Of a stretch of DNA of 32,000 nucleotides, positions 18,106 to 28,143 are shown piece by piece. Under the pieces are notes generated by a model. That model searched no databases, was not told the DNA's origin, and worked only from the letters and a program-made list of their open reading frames with translations. Position numbers and translations under genes: made by a program. Origin of the DNA: Turicibacter sp. TJ11. GTDB taxonomy: Bacteria; Bacillota_I; Bacilli_A; MOL361; Turicibacteraceae. Every line of letters starts with the position of its first letter. Position 1 is the first letter of the stretch. The stretch lies in assembly GCF_021497505.1 (NCBI RefSeq), contig NZ_CP069349.1:1211131-1243130 (forward strand). Direction: 5' to 3'.

Positions 18106-18975
18106 TTAGTTATCTTCTGATGTTGGCTCTTCTTTTAAATAAGTCCATCCATCTTCTTGATACACTTTCCCTTCTTTCATTAAGCGTCCTAGTGCACGTT
18201 TAAATGAAGCTTTACTCATTTTAAAGACACGACGGATATCGTCTGGTTCTGATTTATCATAAAACGGCATCGCTCCACGACGACCCATTAAGTAGTCTAA
18301 AATAATATCTGAGTCTTCTACAATGGCGAATTCTTTTTGCGGAATTAACGACATATTGAACTCTCCATTTTCTTTCACGCGTACGACACGTCCTTCAACC
18401 ACTTCTCCTAAGCGAGGCTCTTCACGACGTTCACTTTCATGGATGAATCCCATATATCCTTCTTCCGTAATCACATTCGTTCCAATTTTACCTGTACGAA
18501 TGACGCGTGCTTTAACTGTTTTACCGTGTAATGATTGTGGCGCTTCTTCTTTTACTCCACCAAACTCTTGTGGGCGAGCTAAAATCGCAAAGAGGTAATT
18601 TGATTGAGATTCTTTTAAATAGCAATAAACATAATCTCCAACTTGTGGCCATAAAGATTTAAAAATTGGTAAATCTGATGGTGCAATTAAAATATTTTTA
18701 TTAATTCCAATGTCTACAAAGACACCTAAATCTTCACGAACATCTACCACTTCTGTCCAACCAAATTCGTCCGTTGTAACGACTGGTTCTTGCATCGTTG
18801 CAGTTAATCGTTTTTTTGCATCGTAATAAACGAAAACTTCAACTGTTTCTCCAATCTCAATTGGTCTTGTTATTTCTGCTTGATGTAAAAAGAACTCTTC
18901 ACCATCTAGCGTTAATGTATAGCCAAGTGGTGTTTGACGTTCCACTGTCATTTCATGAAATTTTCCTGCTAACAT
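18106..18975 (-). CDS. CvfB/YitL-type S1-domain RNA-binding protein
   Basis: GKFHEMTVERQTPLGYTL, DVREDLGVFVDIGINKNILIAPSDLP, TEEGYMGFIHESERR, and winged-helix-like C-terminus FKRALGRLMKEGKVYQE. Confidence 0.87.
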   Translation of the reverse strand: MLAGKFHEMTVERQTPLGYTLTLDGEEFFLHQAEITRPIEIGETVEVFVYYDAKKRLTATMQEPVVTTDEFGWTEVVDVREDLGVFVDIGINKNILIAPSDLPIFKSLWPQVGDYVYCYLKESQSNYLFAILARPQEFGGVKEEAPQSLHGKTVKARVIRTGKIGTNVITEEGYMGFIHESERREEPRLGEVVEGRVVRVKENGEFNMSLIPQKEFAIVEDSDIILDYLMGRRGAMPFYDKSEPDDIRRVFKMSKASFKRALGRLMKEGKVYQEDGWTYLKEEPTSEDN

Positions 18976-19266
18976 TTCATCACTTTCTTTCCTTTAAAGT
19001 CATTATATTATAACACGCGCCAAAATTTGTGAAAAGTAGAAATTAACTTTTCGCTCCATTTAAAGGCAACGTCTAAAAGATTTCCTATCTTTTATTATCG
19101 ACGACGTTCATTCATTCAATTCGAAAGAATGATAATTTTTCATGATCCTCATCAAATTTTAAAAGCTGAGCTCGTCCTGAAGTCGTATATCACCAAATGT
19201 TATACACCTTAATCCTCTGATTAACGATAGATTTTTTAATATGAAAAATGGATTGTCAACACTAAA

Positions 19267-20148
19267 CTAAACAACTTTTTTAAGGGTATTTTGACGATAT
19301 TCAACTGGGGATAAGTATCCCAGTGAAGAGTGAATCCGATGGTTATTATACCAGTTAACGTAATCGGCAAATTTATAGCCTAATTGTTCTTGTGTTTCAA
19401 ACCTTTGATTGTTTACAAATTCGGTTTTAATGACTTTATAAGTCGCTTCTGCGACAGCGTTATCATAAGGACAACCCTTCATGCTTAGAGATCGCTCAAT
19501 GTTAAACGTATCTAAAATCTCATCAATGATTTGATTCTTAAATTCATTTCCCCGATCTGTGTGGAAGATCTTGATTTGACTTAGGTTAGTTTTGACTGTA
19601 CAAAAAGCCTCCTTAACTAACTCTGCATCCTTATTGGGACCTGAACTATAACCAATAATTTCACGATTAAACAGGTCAACAAGCACACAAAGATAGTGCC
19701 AGCGATGACCAACTCTAACGTACGTTAAAGCACTGACAACTACGTTTAAATGAGGCTGTTCATCAAAGTTACGATCCACGATATTTTTGATCTTATCTTC
19801 GTTACATTTAGCTGGATGCGGTTTAAATTGAGCGACCGTATAATTTGAGACAAGACCAACTTGTTTCATGATACGACCGATGCGACGGCGTGAGACTTGT
19901 TGTCCCATCTTTTTCAATTCTTGCTTAATTTTTCGCGTCTACTGCCCATCAAAGGAGGATACCTTTCCTTCGGAAAGGACGGGGACCCTATAGTTATTTC
20001 GGCTTCGACGAAAAATCTCAACGATATCAGCCACTAGTTGAGACTCATCTTTGTTCGCTTTAGATTCATAATAGTAGGTACTACGAGGCACCTGAAGGAC
20101 TTTACACATCGCTGAAACTGAATATTTGTGAGTATTGTTTTTAATCAC
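19267..20148 (-). pseudogene. IS3-family transposase OrfB, interrupted
   Basis: Two ORFs in the same frame (19939-20148 and 19267-19917) are separated by an in-frame TAG at 19939-19941. HTH_21-like VPRSTYYYES, rve core FHTDRGNEFKN and CPYDNAVAEATYKVIKTEF. The first catalytic Asp position reads Ala. Confidence 0.87.
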
Positions 20149-20150
20149 AT

Positions 20151-20447
<297 letters not shown>

Positions 20448-20558
20448 ATTAAAGCTCCTTTAGATTAATATAATTTATCATTTTACATGACCTTAAAAAA
20501 ACTGTCTAATTAATTGTAACCTATCCAAAATTAAGTCAAACGAATAAAATCCGATTAA

Positions 20559-20588
20559 AAAAGTCTTAGATTTCCCCCTAAGACTTTT
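20559..20588 (-). terminator. Hairpin terminator downstream of the coiled-coil ORF
   Basis: AAAAGTCTTAG ... CTAAGACTTTT. Confidence 0.82.
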
Positions 20589-20604
20589 CTTTATGACTAA
20601 TGCG

Positions 20605-21075
20605 TTATGCTACTTTTTCTTCTGATTCGACGTGTTCCATAATAAAAAGTAAATCTGCTTCCATTCGTTTAAAACGTTGATGATAAGTAAGTAGTTTATC
20701 ATTTAAATCAACCATTAGACTTCTTAATTGTTGGATTAACAAAAACAATTGTTCATTCCCTCGTTGAAGCGGGAGTTCTTCTATTTGTGCCTCTAGTTCA
20801 TAAACTTTCGCTTCCCACTCCTTAACCGACATCGTTGATTGTTTTAAACTTTTTTGTGTATTTTCATGTAAGGTTTGTAGTTTTTTACTTAAAGAAGCTT
20901 CTAAATAATGTGTTTGTTCCCACTCTGAACCTAAAGCTAATAAGATCGAACGGATACGTAATAAATTTTTCAAATGTCTTGAAACATGATAGCTAGCAAA
21001 AAAACCTTCTTTATATAAAGCTTTTGCTAAAATAAGTTGTTTCTTATACGATTTGTTGATATTCATATTAGACAT
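20605..21075 (-). CDS. Hypothetical coiled-coil-rich protein
   Basis: Largely charged and helical (EWEAKVYELEAQIEELP...YHQRFKRMEADLLFIMEHVESEE). The ATG at 21075 follows AAAGGTGG; the ORF-track start at 21087 lies within the SD. Confidence 0.6.
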   Translation of the reverse strand: MSNMNINKSYKKQLILAKALYKEGFFASYHVSRHLKNLLRIRSILLALGSEWEQTHYLEASLSKKLQTLHENTQKSLKQSTMSVKEWEAKVYELEAQIEELPLQRGNEQLFLLIQQLRSLMVDLNDKLLTYHQRFKRMEADLLFIMEHVESEEKVA

Positions 21076-21160
21076 TTCAATGACCACCTTTTACTAAAAT
21101 CCATTCGGATTATATCATATTTTTAGTAAAAAATACACTATTTTACATCTTCATTAAAAA

Positions 21161-21186
21161 AGCTCATGAGCTGTCGCTCACGAGCT
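21161..21186 (-). terminator. Possible terminator overlapping the stop of the TraX-family ORF
   Basis: AGCTCATGAG-CTGTCG-CTCACGAGCT (one wobble/mismatch), with a T-tract on the minus strand. Confidence 0.6.
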
Positions 21187-22078
21187 ATAAAATATATTTT
21201 AAGACACTGACAATTAAACCTAACAAACATAAATGAATCGGATAAAATAAATAAAAAGCATATTTATTTAAAGTTGAATCTCCTTTTTCTCCATTGTATT
21301 TAACTAATGGCCAAAGAGCAATAACTGAAAATAATTGCGAAATACATTTTAAATAAACAAAGATCTGTAATAAAAGATTTTTAATTCCTGTCAATTGAAA
21401 ACCATAAGAATCATGAATTAATGATGAAACATAAGGCCACATGGCAATAGATGGACCATATAATAAAAGATTCAATAAAATCATCATCACGCATAAACGC
21501 ATTTTATTTTGATAAAAAAGATAAAAAATAAAGATCATTAAAACCCCATAAAAATCATAGTCCGTTCTTAAATTGACAGCCATTAAACTCATCGTTAGAA
21601 CGTACAATCCCGCAACAAAATTAAAACTATTAGCTTTAGCGATATTATCGTATCCCCAAATCGTTAATAATCCTAATGCTAATGTAAAGAAAACATTTTG
21701 ATGCGTAAACTCTAGCCACATTCCTGTATTTGCAAAATCAAAAAATGGTTCTGAAATTAATGCAAACACCGTCAACCGCAATAAGTAATTTGACTTATTT
21801 GACGTATGAAAATATCCATTAACGATTAAAAAAGCAAAGATAGGAAATGACACCCTCCCAATTAAGCGCATTAAAATCAGAATTCCTTCTAGCGAAATAA
21901 ATAAAGATAAATTTTGATTAGCTTGAGCAGAATCAATTAAACAGGGCATGATAATGGCCCCAATATGATCAATGAACATGGTGAGCAGTGCAATCAGTTT
22001 TAATTGTGTTGCATTTATTCCACTCTTCTCTTCCACTATTGTGTCTTGATTCACTTTAAGCTCATTTAAAGCTTCCAT
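21185..22078 (-). CDS. TraX-family integral membrane protein
   Basis: INATQLKLIALLTMFIDHIGA...LMRLIGRVSFPIFAFLIVNGYFHTSN...RLTVFALISEPFFDFA, C-terminal KYAFYLFYPIHLCLLGLI. Confidence 0.85.
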   Translation of the reverse strand: MEALNELKVNQDTIVEEKSGINATQLKLIALLTMFIDHIGAIIMPCLIDSAQANQNLSLFISLEGILILMRLIGRVSFPIFAFLIVNGYFHTSNKSNYLLRLTVFALISEPFFDFANTGMWLEFTHQNVFFTLALGLLTIWGYDNIAKANSFNFVAGLYVLTMSLMAVNLRTDYDFYGVLMIFIFYLFYQNKMRLCVMMILLNLLLYGPSIAMWPYVSSLIHDSYGFQLTGIKNLLLQIFVYLKCISQLFSVIALWPLVKYNGEKGDSTLNKYAFYLFYPIHLCLLGLIVSVLKYIL

Positions 22079-22145
22079 TCAAGCACCCCTCTTCCATATT
22101 TTTCTTAAATTATAACATGTCCCATTTGAAATAACTACTCTTTCA

Positions 22146-22172
22146 AAAAAGACAGTCAAAATTTGACTGTCT
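22146..22172 (-). terminator. Hairpin terminator downstream of the flavodiiron gene
   Basis: AAGACAGTCAAA-ATTTGACTGTCTT. Confidence 0.82.
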
Positions 22173-22180
22173 TCTCCCCC

Positions 22181-23419
22181 TTAGTCTAAGTCGCAAACTA
22201 AACATCCTTTAATTAGACTACGACCAATTGTTTTTCCAAGTTTTAAAACATCTGCTAACTTTTCTTCATCTGGTTTAAAGCATAACTTCACTGGTTCAAA
22301 CATTTTTAATTTTAATTGAGTTAAGCGAGCATGTACATTATCTACTGCTTCTCCACTCCATCCATATGATCCGAAGACTGCACCAAATTTTCCACCGTGA
22401 GTAATTGGATTTAAATTAGTTAATACATCCCATATGATTGGAACCGCATCTTTATTAATCGTTGTCGCCCCAATAGCAATCGCATCCGCTTGATATAAAT
22501 CTGCAAATAATTGATCTTTAACTTCTGGGAAACTCTTAATATCAAGATCGTATAAGCGAACTGTTACATTAGGATTTACCATTAAGATTCCTTCTTTAAC
22601 TGTTTCAGCCATCATTTTAGTGTATCCATAAGCTGATGTAAAAGGAATGACGACTAATTTTTCAGTTGAACATTCTTCTGTTGACCACTGTTTATAAACA
22701 TTTATAATTTCCTCAATACGTGTATCAAGAACCGGTCCGTGTCCTGGACAAATCATTTTAATATTTAATCCAGATAACGTTGAAATAGCTTTTAAGACAT
22801 ATGTTTTAAAAGGTGAAAAAATTGGATTATAGTAGTTTAATAAAGCATCCATATAATCTTCATTTTTCTCCTGTGGTAATTTTGACATTAAGACGTCATC
22901 AAACGCATAATGACTACCAAATGAATCACAAGTAAATAAAATTTCATCTTCTACTAAATAACTATAAATCGTATCTGGCCAATGTAAATTTGGTGCCGAA
23001 ATAAATTTTAAGGTACGTCCACCTAAATCTAATTCATCATTCATTTTAACAGCTTGTGATTTAAAATCAATATTGACAATGTTACGTAAATAACGAATCG
23101 CAACAGCAGATGCAATGACTGTAATATTTGGATTTAACTTAATTAATTTTTCAATTGATCCCGCATGATCAGGTTCCGTGTGATGAACAATAATGTAATC
23201 AATTTCATTTACAGAAACATGATTTTCAATTTTCTTTAAGTAATCCTCAAAATAAGGCGCTTTAACTGTATCAAATAAGGCAACTTTATTTTCACCTTTT
23301 ACAAAGTATGAATTATATGATGTTCCATATTTTGTTTCCATCACTACGTCAAAAACTTCAAGATCATGATCTTGAACCCCCAACCAGTAAACATTTTCAG
23401 CTAGCTTTAAACTCTCCAT
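22181..23419 (-). CDS. FprA-family A-type flavoprotein (flavodiiron protein)
   Basis: Metallo-beta-lactamase-like diiron domain with HHTEPDHAGS, PNLHWPDTIYSYL, CDSFGSHY, HGPVL, then a flavodoxin domain TSAYGYTKMMAETVKEG...VFGSYGWSGEAV. Confidence 0.93.
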   Translation of the reverse strand: MESLKLAENVYWLGVQDHDLEVFDVVMETKYGTSYNSYFVKGENKVALFDTVKAPYFEDYLKKIENHVSVNEIDYIIVHHTEPDHAGSIEKLIKLNPNITVIASAVAIRYLRNIVNIDFKSQAVKMNDELDLGGRTLKFISAPNLHWPDTIYSYLVEDEILFTCDSFGSHYAFDDVLMSKLPQEKNEDYMDALLNYYNPIFSPFKTYVLKAISTLSGLNIKMICPGHGPVLDTRIEEIINVYKQWSTEECSTEKLVVIPFTSAYGYTKMMAETVKEGILMVNPNVTVRLYDLDIKSFPEVKDQLFADLYQADAIAIGATTINKDAVPIIWDVLTNLNPITHGGKFGAVFGSYGWSGEAVDNVHARLTQLKLKMFEPVKLCFKPDEEKLADVLKLGKTIGRSLIKGCLVCDLD

Positions 23420-23755
23420 TAACTGACCTCTCCTTTATAAAACGTAAAGTGCTTGATATAGATTTTTACGATTAAATTTTAACATACTATCCTTTTGTTT
23501 CCCACTAATATGCTTTTCATTTTAAACGTCAGTATGTTTTAAAATTGAACGTTTATAAAACACTAAAATCACTCTTTGAACCAATCAAAAAACCTACTTT
23601 TTATATGTATTCATCTAGCGACTCATTCATTCTATATAAAGGAAAATAAATCATCTTCTTCTCACGTTGATCATAAAAATCAATCATAATTGTTTTCAAC
23701 AAGATCCTCTCTATTACGTCCCCTCTTCTTATCCAATACTTTACTATTGAAATAT

Positions 23756-23785
23756 AAAAAAGCTAGGTAGGTAACCTAGCTTTTT
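23756..23785 (-). terminator. ppiB terminator
   Basis: AAAAAGCTAGGT-AGGTA-ACCTAGCTTTTT. Confidence 0.88.
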
Positions 23786-23793
23786 ATATTTTT

Positions 23794-24351
23794 TTATAAT
23801 TTATTTGGTTCTTCGTAATCGATGCCTTTTGTATCAACTGTCACTGATTTCATCACTTGTCCAATCACTGGTTGATCTAAATGATTACATTCAACACTTG
23901 CAATCTCATCTACCACTTCAATTCCTTCAATGACTTTTCCAAAAGCAGCATAGCTTCCATCTAAATGTGATGAGTCTTTATGCATGATAAAGAATTGTGA
24001 TCCTGCTGAGTTAGGAACATTCGTACGGGCCATTGAAATGACACCACGTTCATGTTTCACTGGATTATCAAATCCATTTGATTTGAATTCTCCATAAATA
24101 CTGTATCCTGGTCCACCGATTCCTAATCCTTGTGGATCTCCACCTTGAATCATAAAGCTACGAATGACACGGTGGAAAATAACCCCGTTATAAAATCCTT
24201 TGTTTGCTAATGAAATAAAGTTACGTACTGATTGTGGAGCAACTTCTGGGTATAATTCAATTTTCATTACTCCGCCATTTTCCATTTCAATTGTTGCAAT
24301 TGGATTTGTGTCTTTTGAATATTCTGTTTGTCCAACATATTGTTTTGCCAT
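23794..24351 (-). CDS. ppiB: Cyclophilin-type peptidyl-prolyl cis-trans isomerase
   Basis: GVIFHRVIRSFMIQGGDPQGLGIGGPGY, ERGVISMARTNVPNSAGSQFFIM, SHLDGSYAAFGKVIEG. Confidence 0.95.
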   Translation of the reverse strand: MAKQYVGQTEYSKDTNPIATIEMENGGVMKIELYPEVAPQSVRNFISLANKGFYNGVIFHRVIRSFMIQGGDPQGLGIGGPGYSIYGEFKSNGFDNPVKHERGVISMARTNVPNSAGSQFFIMHKDSSHLDGSYAAFGKVIEGIEVVDEIASVECNHLDQPVIGQVMKSVTVDTKGIDYEEPNKL

Positions 24352-24377
24352 CTTTTCATGCCTCCTATAATATCATA

Positions 24378-25310
24378 CTAGTTGAATTTCTTTCCAACTT
24401 CAATTGGATGTGAACCGTTTAAAAGGCTTGCAACATCCATACGTTTTTTACCTGAAATTTGAATATCAGTAATTTTAAGACCTGCATGATCACCACAAGC
24501 AACAACGATTCCGTCTTTCTCAACTTTTACAATCGTTCCTGGTTCAGCATCATATAAGTGATTGTTTGGTTCAGCCCACCAAATTTTTACTGATACATCA
24601 TCGAGTTGAGTGAATGCAACTGGCCAAGGATGAAGACCACGTACTTGATTATATAAAACATTAGCTGGTTTATACCAGTCGATACGTTCGTCTTCACGCT
24701 TAATGTTCCAAGCAAACGTTGCTTCCTCATGATTTTGTGGCGTTGCTTCGATTTCACCTGCTAATAATTTAGGTAATGTTTGAGCTAAAAGCTCTGCCCC
24801 TGCTAAACTTAACTTTTCAAACATACTTCCTGTATGATCCGTTTCTTCAATTGGGACAACTACTTTACTAATCATGTCACCTGTATCCATTTTAACGTCC
24901 ATATACATGATGGTTACGCCTGTTTCTTTTTCACCATCAATAATGGCTTTATGAATCGGTGCTCCACCACGATATTTTGGTAATAATGAAGCATGAACAT
25001 TAATACATCCAAACTTTGGTGCATCTAATAAAATTTTCGGGATAATTTGACCAAAAGCAGCTGTAATAATTAAATCTGGATTCCAATCTAAAACAGTTTG
25101 GTAATCTTCTTTGATTTTCTCAGGTTGAAAAACCGAAATATTGTATTCTAACGCTTTTTGTTTAACTGGTGTTGGTGTTAAAACTCGTTTACGTCCGACT
25201 GGACGATCGGGTTGTGTGACCACACCTACTACTTCATAACCTTCTTTAATAATTGTTTCTAAAACAGGAACTGAAAAGTCAGGAGTTCCCATAAATACAA
25301 CACGTGTCAT
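24378..25310 (-). CDS. fmt: Methionyl-tRNA formyltransferase
   Basis: VVFMGTPDFSVPVLETI, QPDRPVGRKR, CINVHASLLPKYRGGAPIHKAI, TGVTIMYMDVKMDTGDM. Confidence 0.97.
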   Translation of the reverse strand: MTRVVFMGTPDFSVPVLETIIKEGYEVVGVVTQPDRPVGRKRVLTPTPVKQKALEYNISVFQPEKIKEDYQTVLDWNPDLIITAAFGQIIPKILLDAPKFGCINVHASLLPKYRGGAPIHKAIIDGEKETGVTIMYMDVKMDTGDMISKVVVPIEETDHTGSMFEKLSLAGAELLAQTLPKLLAGEIEATPQNHEEATFAWNIKREDERIDWYKPANVLYNQVRGLHPWPVAFTQLDDVSVKIWWAEPNNHLYDAEPGTIVKVEKDGIVVACGDHAGLKITDIQISGKKRMDVASLLNGSHPIEVGKKFN

Positions 25311-25440
25311 GTTGTCCCTCCTCTTTGGTCGCTCAAATTATATGCAAAATAACATAGGAGCTTAAACGATAAATCTAGACTCTAATTATTATTACCACAT
25401 CTATCGACATTTTACTACTATCTTTCATAAGTTTTTTAAA

Positions 25441-27813
25441 TTAATTGAATTGATTAGGATAATAATCTAACGATAAACTAACAGCACTCTCTTGAAAATA
25501 ACTTAAAAGTTGTCCTAAAATCGCTCGAAGTCTTGGTTCTTGCTTATATTTGATCATAAAATACATTCTAAATCGCTGATTAATTCGACCTACATATGGC
25601 ATTGTTGGACCCGTAATCAAACAACTATGTCCGAGTTGATTTCTTAAATATTGATTCACTTTATCACACGCTAAAATAAGCTCATTATAGTCCTCACTAC
25701 TGAGTCTAACACTTGCTAAATAATAATATGGGGGGTATCCAAATCGACGGCGCATCTTCATTTCTTCTGCGTAAAACTTATAGTAGTTTTGTTCCACCAC
25801 GCATTGCATCACATAATGGTCAGGACTATAGGTTTGAATGAACACTTCACCTTCTAGTTCATGACGACCGGCACGGCCGGCGACTTGTGTTAACAACTGA
25901 AAAGTGCGTTCAGCCGCTTTAAAATCAGATAAATGAAGCATTAAGTCTGCTGCTAACACTCCAACTAATGTAACATCCGGAAAATCGAGTCCTTTTCCAA
26001 CCATTTGTGTTCCAATTAAAATATCCGCCTCTTTTCGTTCAAAGGCAGCAATTAATTCTTGATGCGATCCTTTTTTAGAGGTTGTATCAACATCCATTCG
26101 CATAATTCTTGCTTCTTCAAACTCACTTTGTAAATATTCCTCTACCTTTTGAGTTCCTAATCCAAAAAAGCGTAGTTCTTCACTTTGACAAGATGGGCAT
26201 CGCTTTAAAATAAAATGTTCAAAACCACAGTAATGGCATTTTAACTTTTGATTCGGTTTATGATAAGTTAATGACACGTCACAGTTTGGACAGTTAACCA
26301 CTTCACCACATTCTCGACATTGCATAAAGTTAGAATAACCACGACGATTTAATAATAAGACGACTTGTTCTTGACGTTTTAGACGCTCGGCGATCGCCTC
26401 TTTTAGTTCATTGCTTAAAATCATTTGCTCACTAACAGCTGAATGTTCACGCATATCAATGAGTTTAACCGTCGGCAATTTCGCAGTTGCAACAGCTCGC
26501 TTAGAAAGCGTTAATAAACGATAAACCCCTTTTTGAGCACGAGCAAATGATTCTAATGATGGGGTCGCACTTCCAAGCACGACTGGGCAACGATGTGTAA
26601 TGGCACGTTGCTTAGCGACCTCAATCGCATGATAACGTGGAGCCTCTTCCTGCTTATAAGTGGCTTCGTGCTCTTCATCAATAATAATGATTCCAATGTC
26701 TTTAAACGGGGCAAAGATAGCTGAACGAGCTCCTACCACGATTTGAACCTCTTGTTTTAAAATTTTACGCCACTCATCATATTTCTCTCCCATCGATAAA
26801 GCACTATGAAGGACAGCGACTTTATTTTGAAAGCGGCTTTTAAAACGACTTGCAATTTGTGGAGTTAGGGCAATTTCAGGAACTAACATAATGGCCTGTT
26901 TCCCCTGGGCTAATACATTTTCAATCATTTGTAAGTAAACTTCAGTTTTCCCGCTACCTGTAATTCCATGTAATAAGAAAACGTCGTGCGCCTTCGCTTG
27001 GCAAGCATGAGCAACGGTTGTCACTGCTACTTGTTGTTCTTGATTTAAGTGAAGCGCCTTAGTTTGTAAGTGCACTGTATCAGCATAAGGATCACGGTAT
27101 GCCTCTACTTCGATTTCTTGAATAACTTTTTTATCAACCAATGTTTTTATCATTGCATGTGTGACCTGTAGTTCTTCCATTAAGGTTGACTTTAAAATCG
27201 GTTTTGATGCTTTCATTAGATATTCAATGACTTGCTTTTGCTTCATGGCACGCTTAAATGGCGTTAGATCTATATTAGGGTCAACTAATGCTAAATACTT
27301 GATTAATTTTTTTCCTAATTTATCTTTCACTTCATAAACAAGCTCAACTTCCTTACGCTCAATGGCCTGTTTAACTTCCTTTAGAAGTGAAGATGGGATT
27401 TGTTCGTAATCAATACTTGTTGAATGTAAAAATAACGTGTTTAATGCTGACGGAAGATTTTCATTTAAACGAACGAGTCTTTTTTTATACTTGGCCCTCA
27501 TTGCATTTGGAATCATGGCTTCAAAGCATTGAATCATCGTACTTCCTGTTTCTTCACTCAAACTCATTCCTAGTTCTCGTAACTCATCATTTAAGACAGG
27601 TACGACGTCGATTAATTCTTTCAGTGGACGTAATTTTTGAAGGTTCGTACTCTCTTTTAAGGAAATAACAAACCCCATGATCGTGCGGGGTCCGAATGGA
27701 ACTAACACACGTACTCCTGGTTGGATTAAGTGACTCAACTCTTCAGGGACTATGTAATCAAATACTTTATTGACTGCTTTACTTTTGATATCAACGACAA
27801 CCTCAGCAATCAT
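25441..27813 (-). CDS. priA: Primosomal replication protein N' (PriA helicase)
   Basis: GITGSGKTEVYLQ, DEEHEATYKQEE, LGSATPSLES, zinc-binding CRECGEVVNCPNCDVSLTYHKPNQKLKCHYCG...CPSC, GTQMVGKGLDFPDVTLVGV. Confidence 0.97.
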   Translation of the reverse strand: MIAEVVVDIKSKAVNKVFDYIVPEELSHLIQPGVRVLVPFGPRTIMGFVISLKESTNLQKLRPLKELIDVVPVLNDELRELGMSLSEETGSTMIQCFEAMIPNAMRAKYKKRLVRLNENLPSALNTLFLHSTSIDYEQIPSSLLKEVKQAIERKEVELVYEVKDKLGKKLIKYLALVDPNIDLTPFKRAMKQKQVIEYLMKASKPILKSTLMEELQVTHAMIKTLVDKKVIQEIEVEAYRDPYADTVHLQTKALHLNQEQQVAVTTVAHACQAKAHDVFLLHGITGSGKTEVYLQMIENVLAQGKQAIMLVPEIALTPQIASRFKSRFQNKVAVLHSALSMGEKYDEWRKILKQEVQIVVGARSAIFAPFKDIGIIIIDEEHEATYKQEEAPRYHAIEVAKQRAITHRCPVVLGSATPSLESFARAQKGVYRLLTLSKRAVATAKLPTVKLIDMREHSAVSEQMILSNELKEAIAERLKRQEQVVLLLNRRGYSNFMQCRECGEVVNCPNCDVSLTYHKPNQKLKCHYCGFEHFILKRCPSCQSEELRFFGLGTQKVEEYLQSEFEEARIMRMDVDTTSKKGSHQELIAAFERKEADILIGTQMVGKGLDFPDVTLVGVLAADLMLHLSDFKAAERTFQLLTQVAGRAGRHELEGEVFIQTYSPDHYVMQCVVEQNYYKFYAEEMKMRRRFGYPPYYYLASVRLSSEDYNELILACDKVNQYLRNQLGHSCLITGPTMPYVGRINQRFRMYFMIKYKQEPRLRAILGQLLSYFQESAVSLSLDYYPNQFN

Positions 27814-27884
27814 GTCAACACCTCCCCAATCTATTACCTTTATTATAGCACACGACAGATTCTGATAAACGTCACCACAATAAA

Positions 27885-27908
27885 AAACCTTAGCATCTGC
27901 TAAGGTTT
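27885..27908 (-). terminator. Hairpin terminator downstream of rpoZ
   Basis: AAACCTTAGCA-TC-TGCTAAGGTTT, between priA and rpoZ. Confidence 0.7.
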
Positions 27909-27913
27909 AATTA

Positions 27914-28141
27914 TTATTGTTCTTTTAATTCAAAGTCTACAACATCATTAAGAATTTCTTCTAAAGCAACCCCTACTGGTTTTGCACATTTTGCTGTTGG
28001 TAATCCATCTACATAGTCTAATTGTGATTGACCAGCATCTACAATTTGACGTGCACGTTTAGCTGCGATATAAGCAATCTTATATTTAGAATCTACTTTA
28101 TCTAATAATTTATCAATTGATGGATAGCGCATTCCTGTCAT
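27914..28141 (-). CDS. rpoZ: DNA-directed RNA polymerase subunit omega
   Basis: MRYPSIDKLLDKVDSKYKIAYIAAKRARQI...KPVGVALEEI. Directly downstream of gmk. Confidence 0.95.
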   Translation of the reverse strand: MTGMRYPSIDKLLDKVDSKYKIAYIAAKRARQIVDAGQSQLDYVDGLPTAKCAKPVGVALEEILNDVVDFELKEQ

Positions 28142-28143
28142 AA

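Noticed and set aside
19939-19992. T4 gene 60-like translational bypassing (hop) over the insert
   Set aside because: The size (about 48-50 nt), hairpin and stop codon are suggestive, but I see no matched take-off and landing codons at the borders. The transposase also carries a catalytic D-to-A change, so simple decay is more likely.
20523-20532. Target-site duplication flanking the IS3 element
   Set aside because: No convincing 3-4 bp direct repeat could be fixed because the terminal bases of the left and right ends do not match well, so boundaries are left approximate.
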